DNA of 64,000 bases from the human T2T-CHM13v2.0 reference genome, Homo sapiens (GCF_009914755.1 NC_060927.1); one strand, 5' to 3'; positions 31,401 to 48,100 are shown, counted from the stretch's first letter. Translations and numbers: made by a program. The notes: a model not told the origin generated them from the letters alone.

Positions 31401-33317
31401 ATAAACATTATAAACATGCCCCAGTAAAGAATGTTCAACAATACTGTTTATTTTGTTTGTTGGTTTTTGTTTGTTGGTTGGTTTGTTTTTGTTGTATTCA
31501 TCTCTTTCTCTATATCCTTGTAAAACTACTTAAAGCAGGGATATAAATTTTGATAAAGTGTATTGAGTAAGATAGATTCCTATCTTATCAAAAGGATTTC
31601 TTAGTGACAGTTCTATTTGCTTTACCTCATTTAATCCTCATTCACATTGAGTTAGGTGCTATTACTATCCACATTTTACTGATGATTAAACTGAAGCACA
31701 GAGATGTTAGTTCACACAACTAGAAAACAGGATATTGGAAATCTCTTATTTTAAGTGCCAGGAGATATCTAGATGTAAAGATATTTTCGTATCCTGGACA
31801 ATTTTCATATCTTGACCAAGCTCCATTGATGCCTCTTCAGAGAAAGGAAAAAGGACCCTAGGTCTCTGAACTCCTTGTTAACATTTCTTCCCATAAAATC
31901 ATGCTACATTTTTATTTTCAAAAACAAGACGTAAGTTCAAAGGAGAAAGTAGTGGCTTCTGGCAGATGTGATCAGGAAAATTAGGAAACTGGCATTTGAT
32001 CTGAGTCTTTGAGGACAGGCAAGTTTTTCAAACAGCAAAGGCTGGAAGATAATCTAAACAATGGGTCAGCCTGGGCAAAAGGATGAAAGCAAAAAATTGA
32101 AGAGATGTGAAAGGTATCTCTGAGAGAATTTAGTAATATGGGTAAAAATTTTAAAAGCAGGGAAGAGTGATGGAAATTGGAATCAAAAATAAAGCTCTCC
32201 TTGTAAATTTAAAATTCATAAAGCTTAATGATATTCTTAGAAAAAAATTAAAGGAAATATAGAAAATGTTCTTTTTTCATCGTAAGTAATATAAGTAGAC
32301 ATTTGCATGTGTTCCCATTTATAATCTCCCATGGCTGTGTAATGAATTAATTTGTAAGCTACATAGTAGCTTATAATACAATATTGCATACAATAATATA
32401 ATATGATCAGTCTAACCCTCTGCTTTCTCTGAGACAAAAAAAAAAAGCCATAAAACACACAGTGATAGGCTAGGTTAACTTTGCTGTCTGCCACAGTATC
32501 CATCTCAAAAGCCTGGCTCAATTCTCTCAGCATCTCTTGACTATGATGGACTCCACTTAGAAAGAAACTTGAACATGATGAATATTTACATATGTATATA
32601 ACACCCTTTCTCACGTTAAACACTAGCTGAAATTTTATGAAATGACATAAAATTTGGGAGAACCAGTTGCATACTCAAAACCGGAGGAATGCCCTAAAAT
32701 ACAGATACAGGCACACTTACAGGATTAAAGCCATTGGGCCTTCAAGTTTAGTGTCAGCAAAAGCTGTCAACGAAAATTCCCCTCAATGGTCCTTGCTTTC
32801 CAAACAGATCCTGTGTTAAGTTCCCTGCCCTCTTGTTCATTCTGCTTATGTTTTATAGTGATATAACTGCTAGATAAAATTTAGACAATGTAACCAAGCA
32901 GAAAAAGAAAATGTAATTTCAAATTACCTATAATCCCTATATTCAGAAGTAACCACTGTAAGGATTTTAGGAAATATATATCCAATCTTTTTCTATGTGT
33001 ATGTGTGTTTGTGATGTTTTACATAATTTAGATAACAGTTTACATATTGTTCTATAAACTGATTTTTCACTAATTATCATATCATGAAGACTTCCCATAT
33101 AATTAAATATCCGTTGCGTTACTTTTAATGTTTAAGTTCTATTCTAGATGTATCATAACCAACCCTCTACTTGAGAGATATTAAGTTCGTTTCCAATTAT
33201 GTGCTATTATACATAGCAATGTAAATAACATCCTTGTATATAAATCTTGGCTCATATCCATTATTACTATTTAGAATAAGTTCCTGGTTGATGAGGATAT
33301 GCAACAATCCTACAAAT

Positions 33318-33408
33318 ACACACACACATATATGTGTGTGGGGGTATACGTGTGTATATATACACACATATATATACATATATATACATGTGTGTGTATG
33401 TGTGTGCA
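33318..33408. repeat. Compound (CA)/(TA)/(TG) microsatellite within an old L1
   Basis: Alternating purine-pyrimidine tract. Confidence 0.9.
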
Positions 33409-34423
33409 TGAGAGTACGAACTTCCCCACATTCTCCACATTCAGCAAAAACTGAATTCTGGTATGATCATCTTTTCTTTTTAATCTTTGTCAATTTTATA
33501 GATGCATAATTGTACCTTGTTACTTTAAATTACGTTTTCATTATTAAAAAGAGTAAACTTTTTTCATGTTTATTATACACTGCATTTCTTTTGCATGTCC
33601 TGTCGAGTTTTTTCTCCAGAATGATATTTTGAGTTGGGCCTTTGGTAGGTGATCTAGAATCTGATACCAGCCAAGCCCTGGCCTCAGCAGAAGTGGGGTT
33701 CTGGGGTACTGTCTTTCCTCATCTAGCATTTCAACAGCCTGGCTTCCCTTGAGCTGTGTGTTCACACTTCCAGCTACACGGTGACAGCACCACCCAATCC
33801 TGCCTCACGTGGCACATAAAGAGAGGAGAGAGAGTAAGAAAAAGACTGTACTTGAGTCCATACCATCAGGACTGCAATTATATCAAAATTTCAAAATTTT
33901 GATACGAGAAACAAATTAATCAGAAAGATATCAAGATGTTTTATCCCTTTTTAAAAAGTATCAAAAAGCCAGTATATTCCTGTTCTGGCTGCAAAATTGC
34001 CTGCTTCTCAATGAAACTGGCTAGTATCCATTAAGCACTTACTATGTGCCAGACAGTGTCTGAAGCTTTCACATATACTCTTTTCCTTAGCCCTGACAAA
34101 TGTTTAGGGAACATTATTGCCCTTTATATTAAAATCCATATCAGAGGGGTAACTTGTCTAAGTGTACTGGGTGAACAATAGCAAAGTTGAACTTCAAATC
34201 CCTGCCTCTAGTCACAATTCTAAGGCACACCCTTTTGTGTAGGACCAACGTGTAACCACAGTAGAAAACCCCAGGGTTTAAAACATACCATTACTCAGCC
34301 AATTCATTACAATAGTAATGATACCATCATTTTCTTCTCATCTGCTTGTTTCTGATGATATAGTATCCCTGAGATCAAACCCCACCCTTTCAAGAAGTTT
34401 TACCAACACAGTTGACTCTCTAA

Positions 34424-34762
<339 letters not shown>

Positions 34763-36149
34763 TACTATGGTTATTTCTAAAACCAAGCTGGAATTTAGTA
34801 CAGAAGTGACTATGGTTAGTGATTTTCAGCAGTAAATAGATTCAAAAATATAAAGATCCCCTGAATCTTAATACTCAGAGGAGTATTTTCTATTTTCAAT
34901 CACAGATTCTAGATTTTGGTTGTCACTCACTTCTGGCTTTTCTACAAAGGACTTGTGATAATGGCTCCAAATATCTGTGACGGTATGAGGTAAGTCTCAC
35001 AAAGAGTCCAATTTCAAAACTGATCAGAGAAATAAATGAATGCCTAGGACAAGCTTTACACCATGTAGGAGAGTTGGATGTTCTGAGTCTCGTCTCAGTG
35101 CAGACCAGCAGTGACTTTTATCTCCGTTCCCTCATCATTTAGCATAGCATGAAATACAGAGAAGATCAGTAAACATCTGCTAAGTAAATAACCCAGGAGA
35201 GAAAACTGAAAACTTTATACACAGGAAGATGTTACATAAAACAAAAAGAAACAGTACCACTGTGGGTTCTTGACTGCTAGCAGGCATGTTACGAAGGGGG
35301 ATGTCACATCCAAGAAAGTGTTGTCTATTTAAAATGGAATACTCCAAGGCTTGGACATCAATGCTGAAAGGTGAGAAAAATGCCCAGAATCCTATAAAAA
35401 GTTCATAAAATCTCGCTGTAGCTTCATCCTTTCTCTATTTCCTGATTCCATCATGCCCTCTCTTCACTGTCAAGCTTCTTGGAAGGTTCATTCCTGCAGC
35501 CACCCCTGCCTCCTTGTCAGTTCCCTACCATGCCACTCATCTCCTGATTCCAGTGCTCTTTCCCTTATCAGGAGACTTTCACATCTAATTCCTGGTTACC
35601 CTGGTCTTGAATATAAATGCAAATCTTTATAAGCCATCAAAACCTGTGTATATCTTTTCTAGCCATTTAAACTAAAAACCAAGCATTCTCACCAAGAAAA
35701 AAATCAACAACAAAGTAAATACCTTGAAGCTCTCCAAAGGAGGCCCATCTCTCTTCCAATTATAATGGCTAGTGTGACATCTGTGTAAGGTTCTTCAGTA
35801 GATGAAGCCGATCAGCTGCCTCTTAAAAGCTCGATGAACCCCCACCCCAAATCCCCAGTTATTTTTGTAAGTTCTCTGTATTCTGTCTTGACACTGTCTC
35901 TCATCCTAATTTCACTGGTGTGGGTTTTTGTGTGTGTGTTAACCCTAGCCTAGTCCACTGTTATCCCTATTTCTAACATCTCCACACCCTAATGCACCTT
36001 ACACATCACGCCTCTCCTCATTCATAAGCCTCAGCCATTCCTCAATAACCAAATTAAGTTCAAACCTCTCTACAAACTTCTGAGCTCCACATTCATGATA
36101 ATCCATCTTTCTAGCTCTTTCTACCACTCCCTCTTATAGCAAATATATG

Positions 36150-36370
36150 GCCTTTTATGCCAGAGAACCTGGACTCTTGTCTCTGCCTCTTACAAGTCAT
36201 GTAACCTTGGGTAACTTGCTTAATTTCTGTACCTTACCTTCCTCATCTGTAAAATCTGTAACTTTTATATACAGATTTGCTATAATGATTAACTAGGTTA
36301 ATAGATATGAAGGGCTTAATAAGATGCCTGATGTATATAGCAAGCATCCAGTAAATAATAACTCATTATT
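36150..36370 (+). mobile_element. MIR SINE
   Basis: ccttgggtaacttgcttaatttctgtaccttaccttcctcatctgtaaaat core. Confidence 0.75.
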
Positions 36371-36802
36371 AATTATGTACTCCAGAAAAATTCAGTAACA
36401 ATCTGTTCCCACACAAATGACACTTCGTTGCCATGGTACTTTTACATGGCTGTTTCCTTGTTCCTAGTTCAAATAATGCTATTTATTCTTCAGGACCCAT
36501 TTCAAACAACATTTCCTCCAAGATAGAGTTCACATATGAACTAAAAGTCAGTCTTACATCGGAGCAATTTGTTTGCATTTGTGGGAATTCTTTTTTTTCT
36601 TCTTCTTCTTTAAAAAAAGAACAGGTTCATTGAAATATATTCCACATGCCATAAAAGTCACTCATTTTATGTGTACAAACCAATGATTTTTAGTAAATTT
36701 ATAGAGTTGTACAGCCATCATATACGTATGTACATAAATAAATAGTTATTTTCTTACGCCCTATTTAACTTACTCTCCCAGTTCTAAAATCTACTTACCT
36801 AA

Positions 36803-40026
<3,224 letters not shown>

Positions 40027-40555
40027 TTCTTAACCCAGGAATACAGTGAACTGATAAGACAGAGCCCTGTCGCAGAGGCACAATCCAGTGGAGAAGGGAA
40101 TGCTAACCCTCCTGGGTCACCATACTCAGGACTCAGGAACCATGTCTTCCTCAGGTTTGCATTCTGAGAAAGTTCTCCTGCAGAAACCTATGCTTACTAC
40201 ATGCTTGATTATATTTAAGTAAATTTGCCATTTTTAATTTAATGAAAATTCAAAACATGTAAGTCATTTCAACATATGGTATGTTGCTAAATAAAAACCT
40301 TTATTTTAAAAATAGGTTTTAATTATTAATAATTTATATTACTTTCCTGATCCACAATGTGGTCTAGCACAGAGGTGTTAGCCATTGCATGAAAGATAGG
40401 AACTGAGCCCCTCTTCTCTCTTCAGAAACTTGGAAGCAAGAAACAAAAGTCAGACATTCATGTCTTTACTCATCTACACAAATTTCATATTTTACCTTTT
40501 TAAAATAGCTTTACTTATATATACTCTACATACTATACAGTTCACCCATTTAAAG

Positions 40556-40947
40556 AATTAAGTTTATCCTAAAGCTGCTTCCTTACGTATTTTAAATTTG
40601 GCCTAAAAGTTTCTCAGTATGTAGTGAACTGTAACCTAACTGGATGCTGAAAAGACTGAAACCTACTCTTGTGCCAATCACAGAGTTTCAGCATATCTAA
40701 GGTGGTCAGTTGTTCAAACTGTGTTCAAATAAGGCAAATGCCAAATTATAACCAATTCTATTTCTGTACCTCATTTTTGTCTTCTTTACATCACTTTCCT
40801 TTTTCTGCCCATAAATCTTTTTCAACCACGAGGCAGTGCTGGAGTCTCTCTGAACCTATTGCAGTTCAGTGGCTGCCCGATTTGCACATCACTCTTTGCT
40901 CAATTAAGCACTGTTAAATTTAATTTGACTAGGTTTGTCTTTTAACA
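40556..40947 (+). mobile_element. MER57-like ERV1 solo LTR
   Basis: aattaagtttatcctaaagctgcttccttac...ttcaaataaggcaaatgcc...cttttaaca matches the recalled MER57 consensus. Confidence 0.8.
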
Positions 40948-42558
40948 AAGATGTACAGTTCAATGTTTTTTGTATGTTTTCAAACATACAAAAGTTGTGT
41001 AATGATCACCATAATCAAATGTACAATTTTTTATCATCGTCCAATTAGCAGACACTACCATTCCCTCCTACCCCTCCACTCTCAGCCTAGGCAATCAAAA
41101 TTCTCTACAGTTATGTCACTCCTGAATATTTCATATAAATGAAATCATATAATATGTCTTCTTCTGTGACTGGCTTCTTTCAATTAGCACAAGGTTTTCA
41201 AGGCACTTCCATGTGTAACATGTACTTTATTCCCTTTTATTGCCAAACAATATCCTATGGTATGGAGATATCACATTTTATCTATTCATCAGTTGATAGA
41301 TATTTGACTTATTTCTGCTTTGGGGCTATTATGAATAATGCTGCTATGAATTTTCACGTCTACATTTTTGTGTGGACATATGTTTTCATTTCTAATGAGT
41401 ATATACCTAGGAATGGAATTGCTGAGCCATATGGTAACTCTATCTATGCTTAGCATTTTGAAGAATTGCCACTGTTTTCCAAAATGGCTGCACTATTTTA
41501 TATTCCCACCAACAATATATGAGGGATCCAATTTCTCCACATTCTGGACAACACTTGTTACTATCTGACTTTTTGATTATAGCTATCCTAGTAGGCCTAA
41601 AATCATAACTAGTTGTTCCTTTGAGTTGCATTTTCCTGCTGGCTAATAATGTTGAGTTTTTTTATGTGTTTGTCTACCTTCTTTAGAGAAATGTATATTA
41701 AGATCCTTTGACCATTTTTAATGGTGTTTTTATTATCTTTGTGTGTGCTTTATTATCTTTATATGTTCTATACACAAGTCCTTATCAGGTATATAATTTG
41801 CAAATATCTTTGCACATTCTTGGCTTTTTCTTTTCACTTTCTTGATACCCTTGGAAGTACAGATGCTGTTAATATTGATGAAATCAAATTAATTTACCTA
41901 CTTTTTCTTGTATTTCTTATGCTTTTGGAGTTGTATCTAAGATGGCTTTGCATAACCCAAGGTAACAAAGGTTTACTCCTACGTTTTCTATTTAGTTTTA
42001 TAATTTTTCTCTTAAGCTTGGGTCTATGATCCATTTTGACTTAATTTTTACATGTGGTATTATAAGGAGTCCAACTTCATTCTTCTGCATGCAGATATCC
42101 AATTATTCCAGTACCATTTGTAATAAAGATTACTCATTCTGCATTTTTTCAACCCTTTTCAAAATCTAGTGGCTCATAAATGTAAGGGTTTAGTTTGTGG
42201 ACACAATTCTGTTCCATTGATCTTTCTATCTATTGCTATGCCAGTACCACATTGTCTTGTTTATTGTAATTTTGCAGTAAATTTTGAAATTGGTAAGTTT
42301 GTTCTTTTTCAGAATTGTCTTGACTATTCTGGGCCCCTCGCACTGCTACATGTTTTTAGGATAACTCCATTCATTTCTGCAATAAAAGCTTGCTGGGTTT
42401 TGATAGAGATTTTGTTTAACCTGTAGATCATTTGAAGATTAATGCCATTGTAACGATATTAAATCTTTCAATCCAAGAACATGGAATGTCATTCCATTTA
42501 TTTAGGTCTACCTTATTTCAACAATTCTTTTTGTTTGTTTTCAGACTACAAGTTTTAG

Positions 42559-42929
<371 letters not shown>

Positions 42930-42978
42930 ATTTCTTAGTATTTTTACTCTTTTGATCTATAGTAAGTAAAATTGTTTT

Positions 42979-43296
42979 TATCTTTGAATTTTTAAATTTT
43001 TAACACAGTTCAAATCAGTGTGTCTGATTTCATCTCCTTCTCTAACAAACCAGGGTGCCAGAACTGCTTCAGTTTCTCTGCCTTCTCTTTGTCTATGATG
43101 ACTAATGTATGAAGGTATCTGCTGCATCAAACTTTAAACTTCACATTATCCTTATTTCTCTTGACCTTGACAGATCTGGCATCTTTTCACCTGGCTGTAA
43201 GCAGAAAGTCCTTGATCTCCTTAACTTTTTGAGGCATGGCAGCATGTGAGGCAGGGAGAGGACACAGACCCACACAGCAAGTGGTGAGAAGCCAAC
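42979..43296 (-). pseudogene. RPL38P1: Processed pseudogene of ribosomal protein L38 (probably RPL38P1)
   Basis: Minus strand from ATG 43237: [68 protein letters not shown]; intronless, UTR remnants, TSD agtRRaattgtttt at 42965-42978 and 43297-43310. The P1 number is from memory of the locus. Confidence 0.9.
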
Positions 43297-43863
43297 AGTG
43301 GAATTGTTTTCTTAATTCCATTTGTTGATTGTTTATTGCTAGTGTATAGAAATACAACTGATTTTTGTATATTGATCTTGTATTCTAAAAACTTGCTCAA
43401 CTTGTTTCTTAGTTCTAATAGTTAATTAATTGATTCCTTAGGGCTTTTTAATACAAGATCATGTCATCTACAAATAGAAATTGTTTTACTTTCTTTCTAA
43501 TCTGGATGCCATTTATCTTTTTTTCTTGTCCAATTGCCCTCACTAGAACCTTTAGTACAAAGTTAAATAGAAATGGGAAGACTAGACATTTTGTCTTGTT
43601 CCTGATCTTAGACATAAAAACGTTGTCTTCCGTTATTATGTGTGATATTAGTTAAGTTTTTCATAAATAAACTTCACAGTTTGAGGAAGTTCCTATTCCT
43701 AGTTTGTTGAGTGTTAGCATGAAAAAGTGTTGAATTTTGTCCAATAGTTTTTAAAAATTTTTTTAGACAATCATGTAGGCTTTGTCCATTTTTTACTTCT
43801 TTAATTTTATTTTTATTGATACACAATAGATGTACACTTTTTAGGTACATGCAATAATTTAAT

Positions 43864-43951
43864 GCCCCTCACTATAAATTCGGAGCTGCCTCCTCGCCGA
43901 TGATTCCAGCGCCTGACAGCCAGGACCCCAGGCAGCAGCGAGTGACAGGAC
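43864..43951 (+). repeat. Duplicated copy of the AGTR1 core promoter/TSS (88 bp, donor 44897-44984)
   Basis: 87/88 identical to the donor; flanked by a 30-bp direct repeat at 43836-43865 and 43950-43979. Confidence 0.97.
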
Positions 43952-44830
43952 TTTTTAGGTACATGCAATAATTTAATGCATTCATATAAAGATCAAATCA
44001 GTGCAATTGGCATATCCATCACCTTAAATATTTGTCTTTTCTTCATGCTAGAAACATTCAAGTTATTTTCTCCTAGCTACTCTGAAATATACAATAGATT
44101 ACTGTAAACTACAGTCACCCTACTCACCTATCAAACATTAATTGATTTTTGGTAAACTAATCTAATCTTGCTTTCTGGCATCAACCTCACTTGACCATGG
44201 TGTATAGTCCCTTTCATATGTTATTGGATGCAATTTGCCTACATTTTGTTGAGAATTTTTATCTATACTCTTAAGAAATATTGATCTGTAGTCTCGTGAT
44301 GTCTTTATCTGGTTTTGTTATCAGGGTGATACTGGCCTCATAGCATGAGTTGGGAGATCATCCTTACTCTTCTATTTTTTGGAAGAGTTTGTGAAGAATT
44401 GATATTATTTCTTCTTTAAATATTTATTGGGTTTTTAAAATACATTTTTAAAATGCAACTTGGGTAGCATGTCCAATAGGAACAAATGAGTGTCCACCCT
44501 TGAATTTCATAACCCTGGAATTAATCCATGTAATCTATGATCCACAACTGTATTACCAAAGTTCGAGTTACTCATAGGAAAGAGAAAGAAGTTCTCTAAT
44601 TCGTCCTTAAAAGTTTTCCAAGTTCAGAAAAAAAAAATGTTGAAGAACACGAATCTCCGCAGGAAATGATACTCCTGTACCCCCAGCTCGCTCTCCCTCA
44701 CGACCCCTCGCTAGGCGGGGTTCGGGACCCCGTGAACGCTGATCTGATAGTTGACACGGGACGACTGTGGCATCATCCTTGCTGCCGTCAGTATCCCGAG
44801 AGGGAGGAGGTTGGGCCGGGAGGGTCTCCC

Positions 44831-44911
44831 GGGGCGGGGCGGAGGAGGAGGGAATGCAAAACAGAGCCTCGTCCCCGGAACCCAAGAAGCAGCAACGCCC
44901 CTCACTATAAA
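44831..44911 (+). promoter_or_regulatory. AGTR1: Core promoter: tandem GC boxes (ggggcggggcgg, 44831-44842) and TATAAA (44906-44911)
   Basis: Consensus Sp1 and TATA motifs, with the TATA about 30 bp before the recalled mRNA 5' end. Confidence 0.85.
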
Positions 44912-44935
44912 TTCGGAGCTGCCTCCTCGCCAATG

Positions 44936-45160
44936 ATTCCAGCGCCTGACAGCCAGGACCCCAGGCAGCAGCGAGTGACAGGACGTCTGGACCGGCGCGC
45001 CGCTAGCAGCTCTGCCGGGCCGCGGCGGTGATCGATGGGGAGCGGCTGGAGCGGACCCAGCGAGTGAGGGCGCACAGCCGGGACGCCGAGGCGGCGGGCG
45101 GGAGACCCGCACCAGCGCAGCCGGCCCTCGGCGGGACGTGACGCAGCGCCCGGGGCGCGG
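44936..45160 (+). other. AGTR1: AGTR1 exon 1 (5' UTR); start approximate
   Basis: Matches the recalled AGTR1 mRNA leader; strong donor CGG|GTGAGT at 45161. Confidence 0.9.
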
Positions 45161-48100
45161 GTGAGTCCGCGCGGACCGCCAGGCATGCTTGGGGGACTTC
45201 AAGGGCGGGGTGCTAAGTTTCATGTCACGGTGTCCTAACTGCTGGCTCTATACTGGGAAGCTCTCGGGGACCAAGGAAAGAGCGACCGTAGTTCTGGTCA
45301 GCGCCTGCCCCTGGAGCTGGCCACACTTTCCCAAATCAGGTGAGGGGCTTCTGGAATGGGAGGGAACAAGGTAGGTTTGTTTGCCACGTGCCTCGAAATT
45401 CTCAATCCATTTTAACCAAACTCTTCCGAGTGCAAGGAAGAAATCTACAGAAATAAGATGCAATTCAATAAACTTTCTTCCTGAGGCTTTTAGTTAACTC
45501 TTGTATTTTAGCCATCATCTGAGCGGGAAGCCGGTATGACTCTGCAAGGCGTTCGTTTAAAAGTTGTGCTACTTTTGAGGTGAAGTTAAGAGTGTCTCCA
45601 TCCACGCCCTCTGCTTCCCAGTCAATGTCCCTGCACTGCTCACGTCCCTTTAGCTCTCTCCCTGCAAACCATAGCGGTGGGTCCTAGACACGGGACATCG
45701 CTCCAACCTTGGCCAAACTCTCCCACCCTCAGGGTTCCCAGATGTCCTTTGAATAATCAAACTGAAGAAGGAGAAGCAAGATGTCTCCACACCCCAATCC
45801 CTACAGCCTTAGCCAATGCATGTGTGTAACTGAGACAGAATTTTAGCAAAAGGTCTCCTGCTTCCAGGACTAAACAGAGCCTCTGGCAGGCCACTGCCCG
45901 ACACCCAACTCCATCCTCCAATTTTCTTAAATGTCCAGGTAAACATCTCCATAGTGCCAGCCTGCTATAGTCTCCCGAAGACCTCAGCAATTCTTCCCCA
46001 AAGCGTCTCCTTCTGCACCGTTTTTTTCTTTGGGCAACCATTTGTGACCTGGCTATTGAGCCCACCTGGGCCTCTTCTCTTTGTTTGCTGATAGCCTCGT
46101 TAAGTATTAAAAACCTACTCCCCCCCTTCAGGAGCCCTCTTTTAATGAAAGTTTGGGTACTGGGATCAGATTTGGGACTTGGCTACATTTATTTCCTGTG
46201 TCATTCTGAGAAGAGAAAGTAATAGAGGCAAGAAATTTGGCACCCTATTGATCTATTTTATTACTTTGTTGAGCAACTTGTGCTTCCCGCTGAAGATGCT
46301 GCATCCCAACATGATTCTCTTATTATTAGTTACCACCTGAGGGTTTTGGATCTCCAGGTGTTTATTTCACATAGCATATGCTTTAACCCCCTTATAAGTC
46401 TTCTCTAAGGAAGAAACTGCCATACTTCCCTTGTCTTCTCCGGTGTTTCCCTAGCTATAAAGGCCCCACCTGCATAACCTGTCCTCAGGCTGTGATGTAT
46501 TCCCGGGTGCCCTGGTACCTTCTCCTTCCTCTCCACCACCCTTCCTGACAGTGCAGGGGCAGGAAAGCATGGGGAGAAGGGAAATGGAGACTCCCACTTA
46601 ACTTGCTGTGTGATAGTAAGAGCATTATTTCACAACTCTGAACCTCAAGTCTCTGCCCATAAGGTTCCCTCCAGTGATATAATTCCTTAATTTCTTTTGT
46701 TTTGGTTATTGCTTTAAAATAAAAGTCTAAGCTTAAGGCTAGGTTATAGAAACTGCCCATCATAATTGCTAGGTCTCAACATTTGCTTAAGTTTTGTGAT
46801 TCTTAGTTTCAAGTCTGTTACCCACTCTCTCTCCCCGCCACCTTTTTTCCCCCTGACTTCATTGTTCTTTGTTCCCATCCTGAGGCCTTGATTTCTGGTT
46901 CTGCTCTTCTTTGACCTTAAACTGAATCAACTCTTCCATCATCCAACTCAGAATAAAATTGGTTTTCTTCCACCGGTTCCACTGATGCCAATGGAAGACT
47001 TGTCTTCCTTGCGATTTGCAAAATGTCTTTCAGTCACAGGTGCTGCGGCAATGCTGCTGTCCCACAGCATTCTAAGCTTCAGTCTTTCTCTCTCTTATCG
47101 TGGGTCAGTATTCAGAAAAGGGCAGATTTGTGGGTTGTTCAGGTTTCTCACTTTTCTTTTTCTTCTTTCTAGTTTGGGATCAGAGTTGTGTGAGTATTTG
47201 TGTATATAATTTTGTTTTGGTTTTTTGTTCCTGCTGCTACTTACGACTGCTGTTATTATTTCAATTATGACTAATTAATACTAATGACTAATTTTCCCCT
47301 ATGCTAGAGGGAAAATAAGGAAGAAAAGTTTACTCTGCTACTTACCCAAAGCCCAGGTAAAATGCTTAGCTGAGAAGGAATTTAAAACTCATAGTTTAAA
47401 TGCATGATGCATGTCTGCTGTCATTTTATCTGTGCTGCCACAGTGTCCTTTCAAGCAGATAACTGAGAGTTGCTGTATTTTGCTTTCGAATTTGTTACAG
47501 GGACAAAAATAGTGACCCCTCACATTTAGGTGTTTTGGCTGCTTAATGCGAGCTCCTGCCCTCTAGCCGCATGCTTATTAGTTTACCTAGCCCTTTTTCT
47601 GGTCAGTCATGACTGGAGAATGCCAAAGAGTCTCCCAAGTAGGCTACCAAATTAAGAATTGTGTTTAGAAGTTTGAAGTCAGTCCAAGTGTTGTAAAGAT
47701 TAAAACGTTGTTTTGAAGATATGCTGTGTCAATAAACAAATATGGAGCCAGAGCAACACAATGTGACCAAGTGTCCAAGCCCAGCTTAGGAACACTTTTC
47801 TCCCATGTTATCTAGCAAACTGACAAATCAGCTTTCCAACACGTGATGATTGGAAAATGCTATTAGTTTCCTTCAAAATTCTCCTAATGTTTCTTTTTCA
47901 AAATTGCCTAAGATCATTGGATTATGTGGTTTGTGTTTCTTTTCACTGTAGCTGCTTGTTAAAGCAGTATACTCAATCTCTGATAAGCAACAGTAAATTT
48001 GATCGATTTGTATCCTAAATTTAGCTATCACTTTACATTTTGTTTTATTCATAATATGAACTTTAGCTTCTAAAAATCAACTTTTTAATAGCTTAATATA

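Larger units (their letters stand above)
44650..45310. promoter_or_regulatory. AGTR1: CpG island over the AGTR1 promoter and exon 1
   Basis: The only CpG-dense, GC-rich segment in the window. Confidence 0.92.

Noticed and set aside
43836-43979. Repeat-spacer-repeat layout resembling CRISPR spacer acquisition, or a retrocopy
   Set aside because: Only two repeats, eukaryotic context, no cas genes, no poly-A; better explained as a templated insertion with target duplication
44607-45374. Overlapping ORFs of 61-170 aa on both strands in the CpG island
   Set aside because: Expected from stop-codon scarcity in GC-rich DNA; low-complexity R/P/G/A translations with no recognisable family
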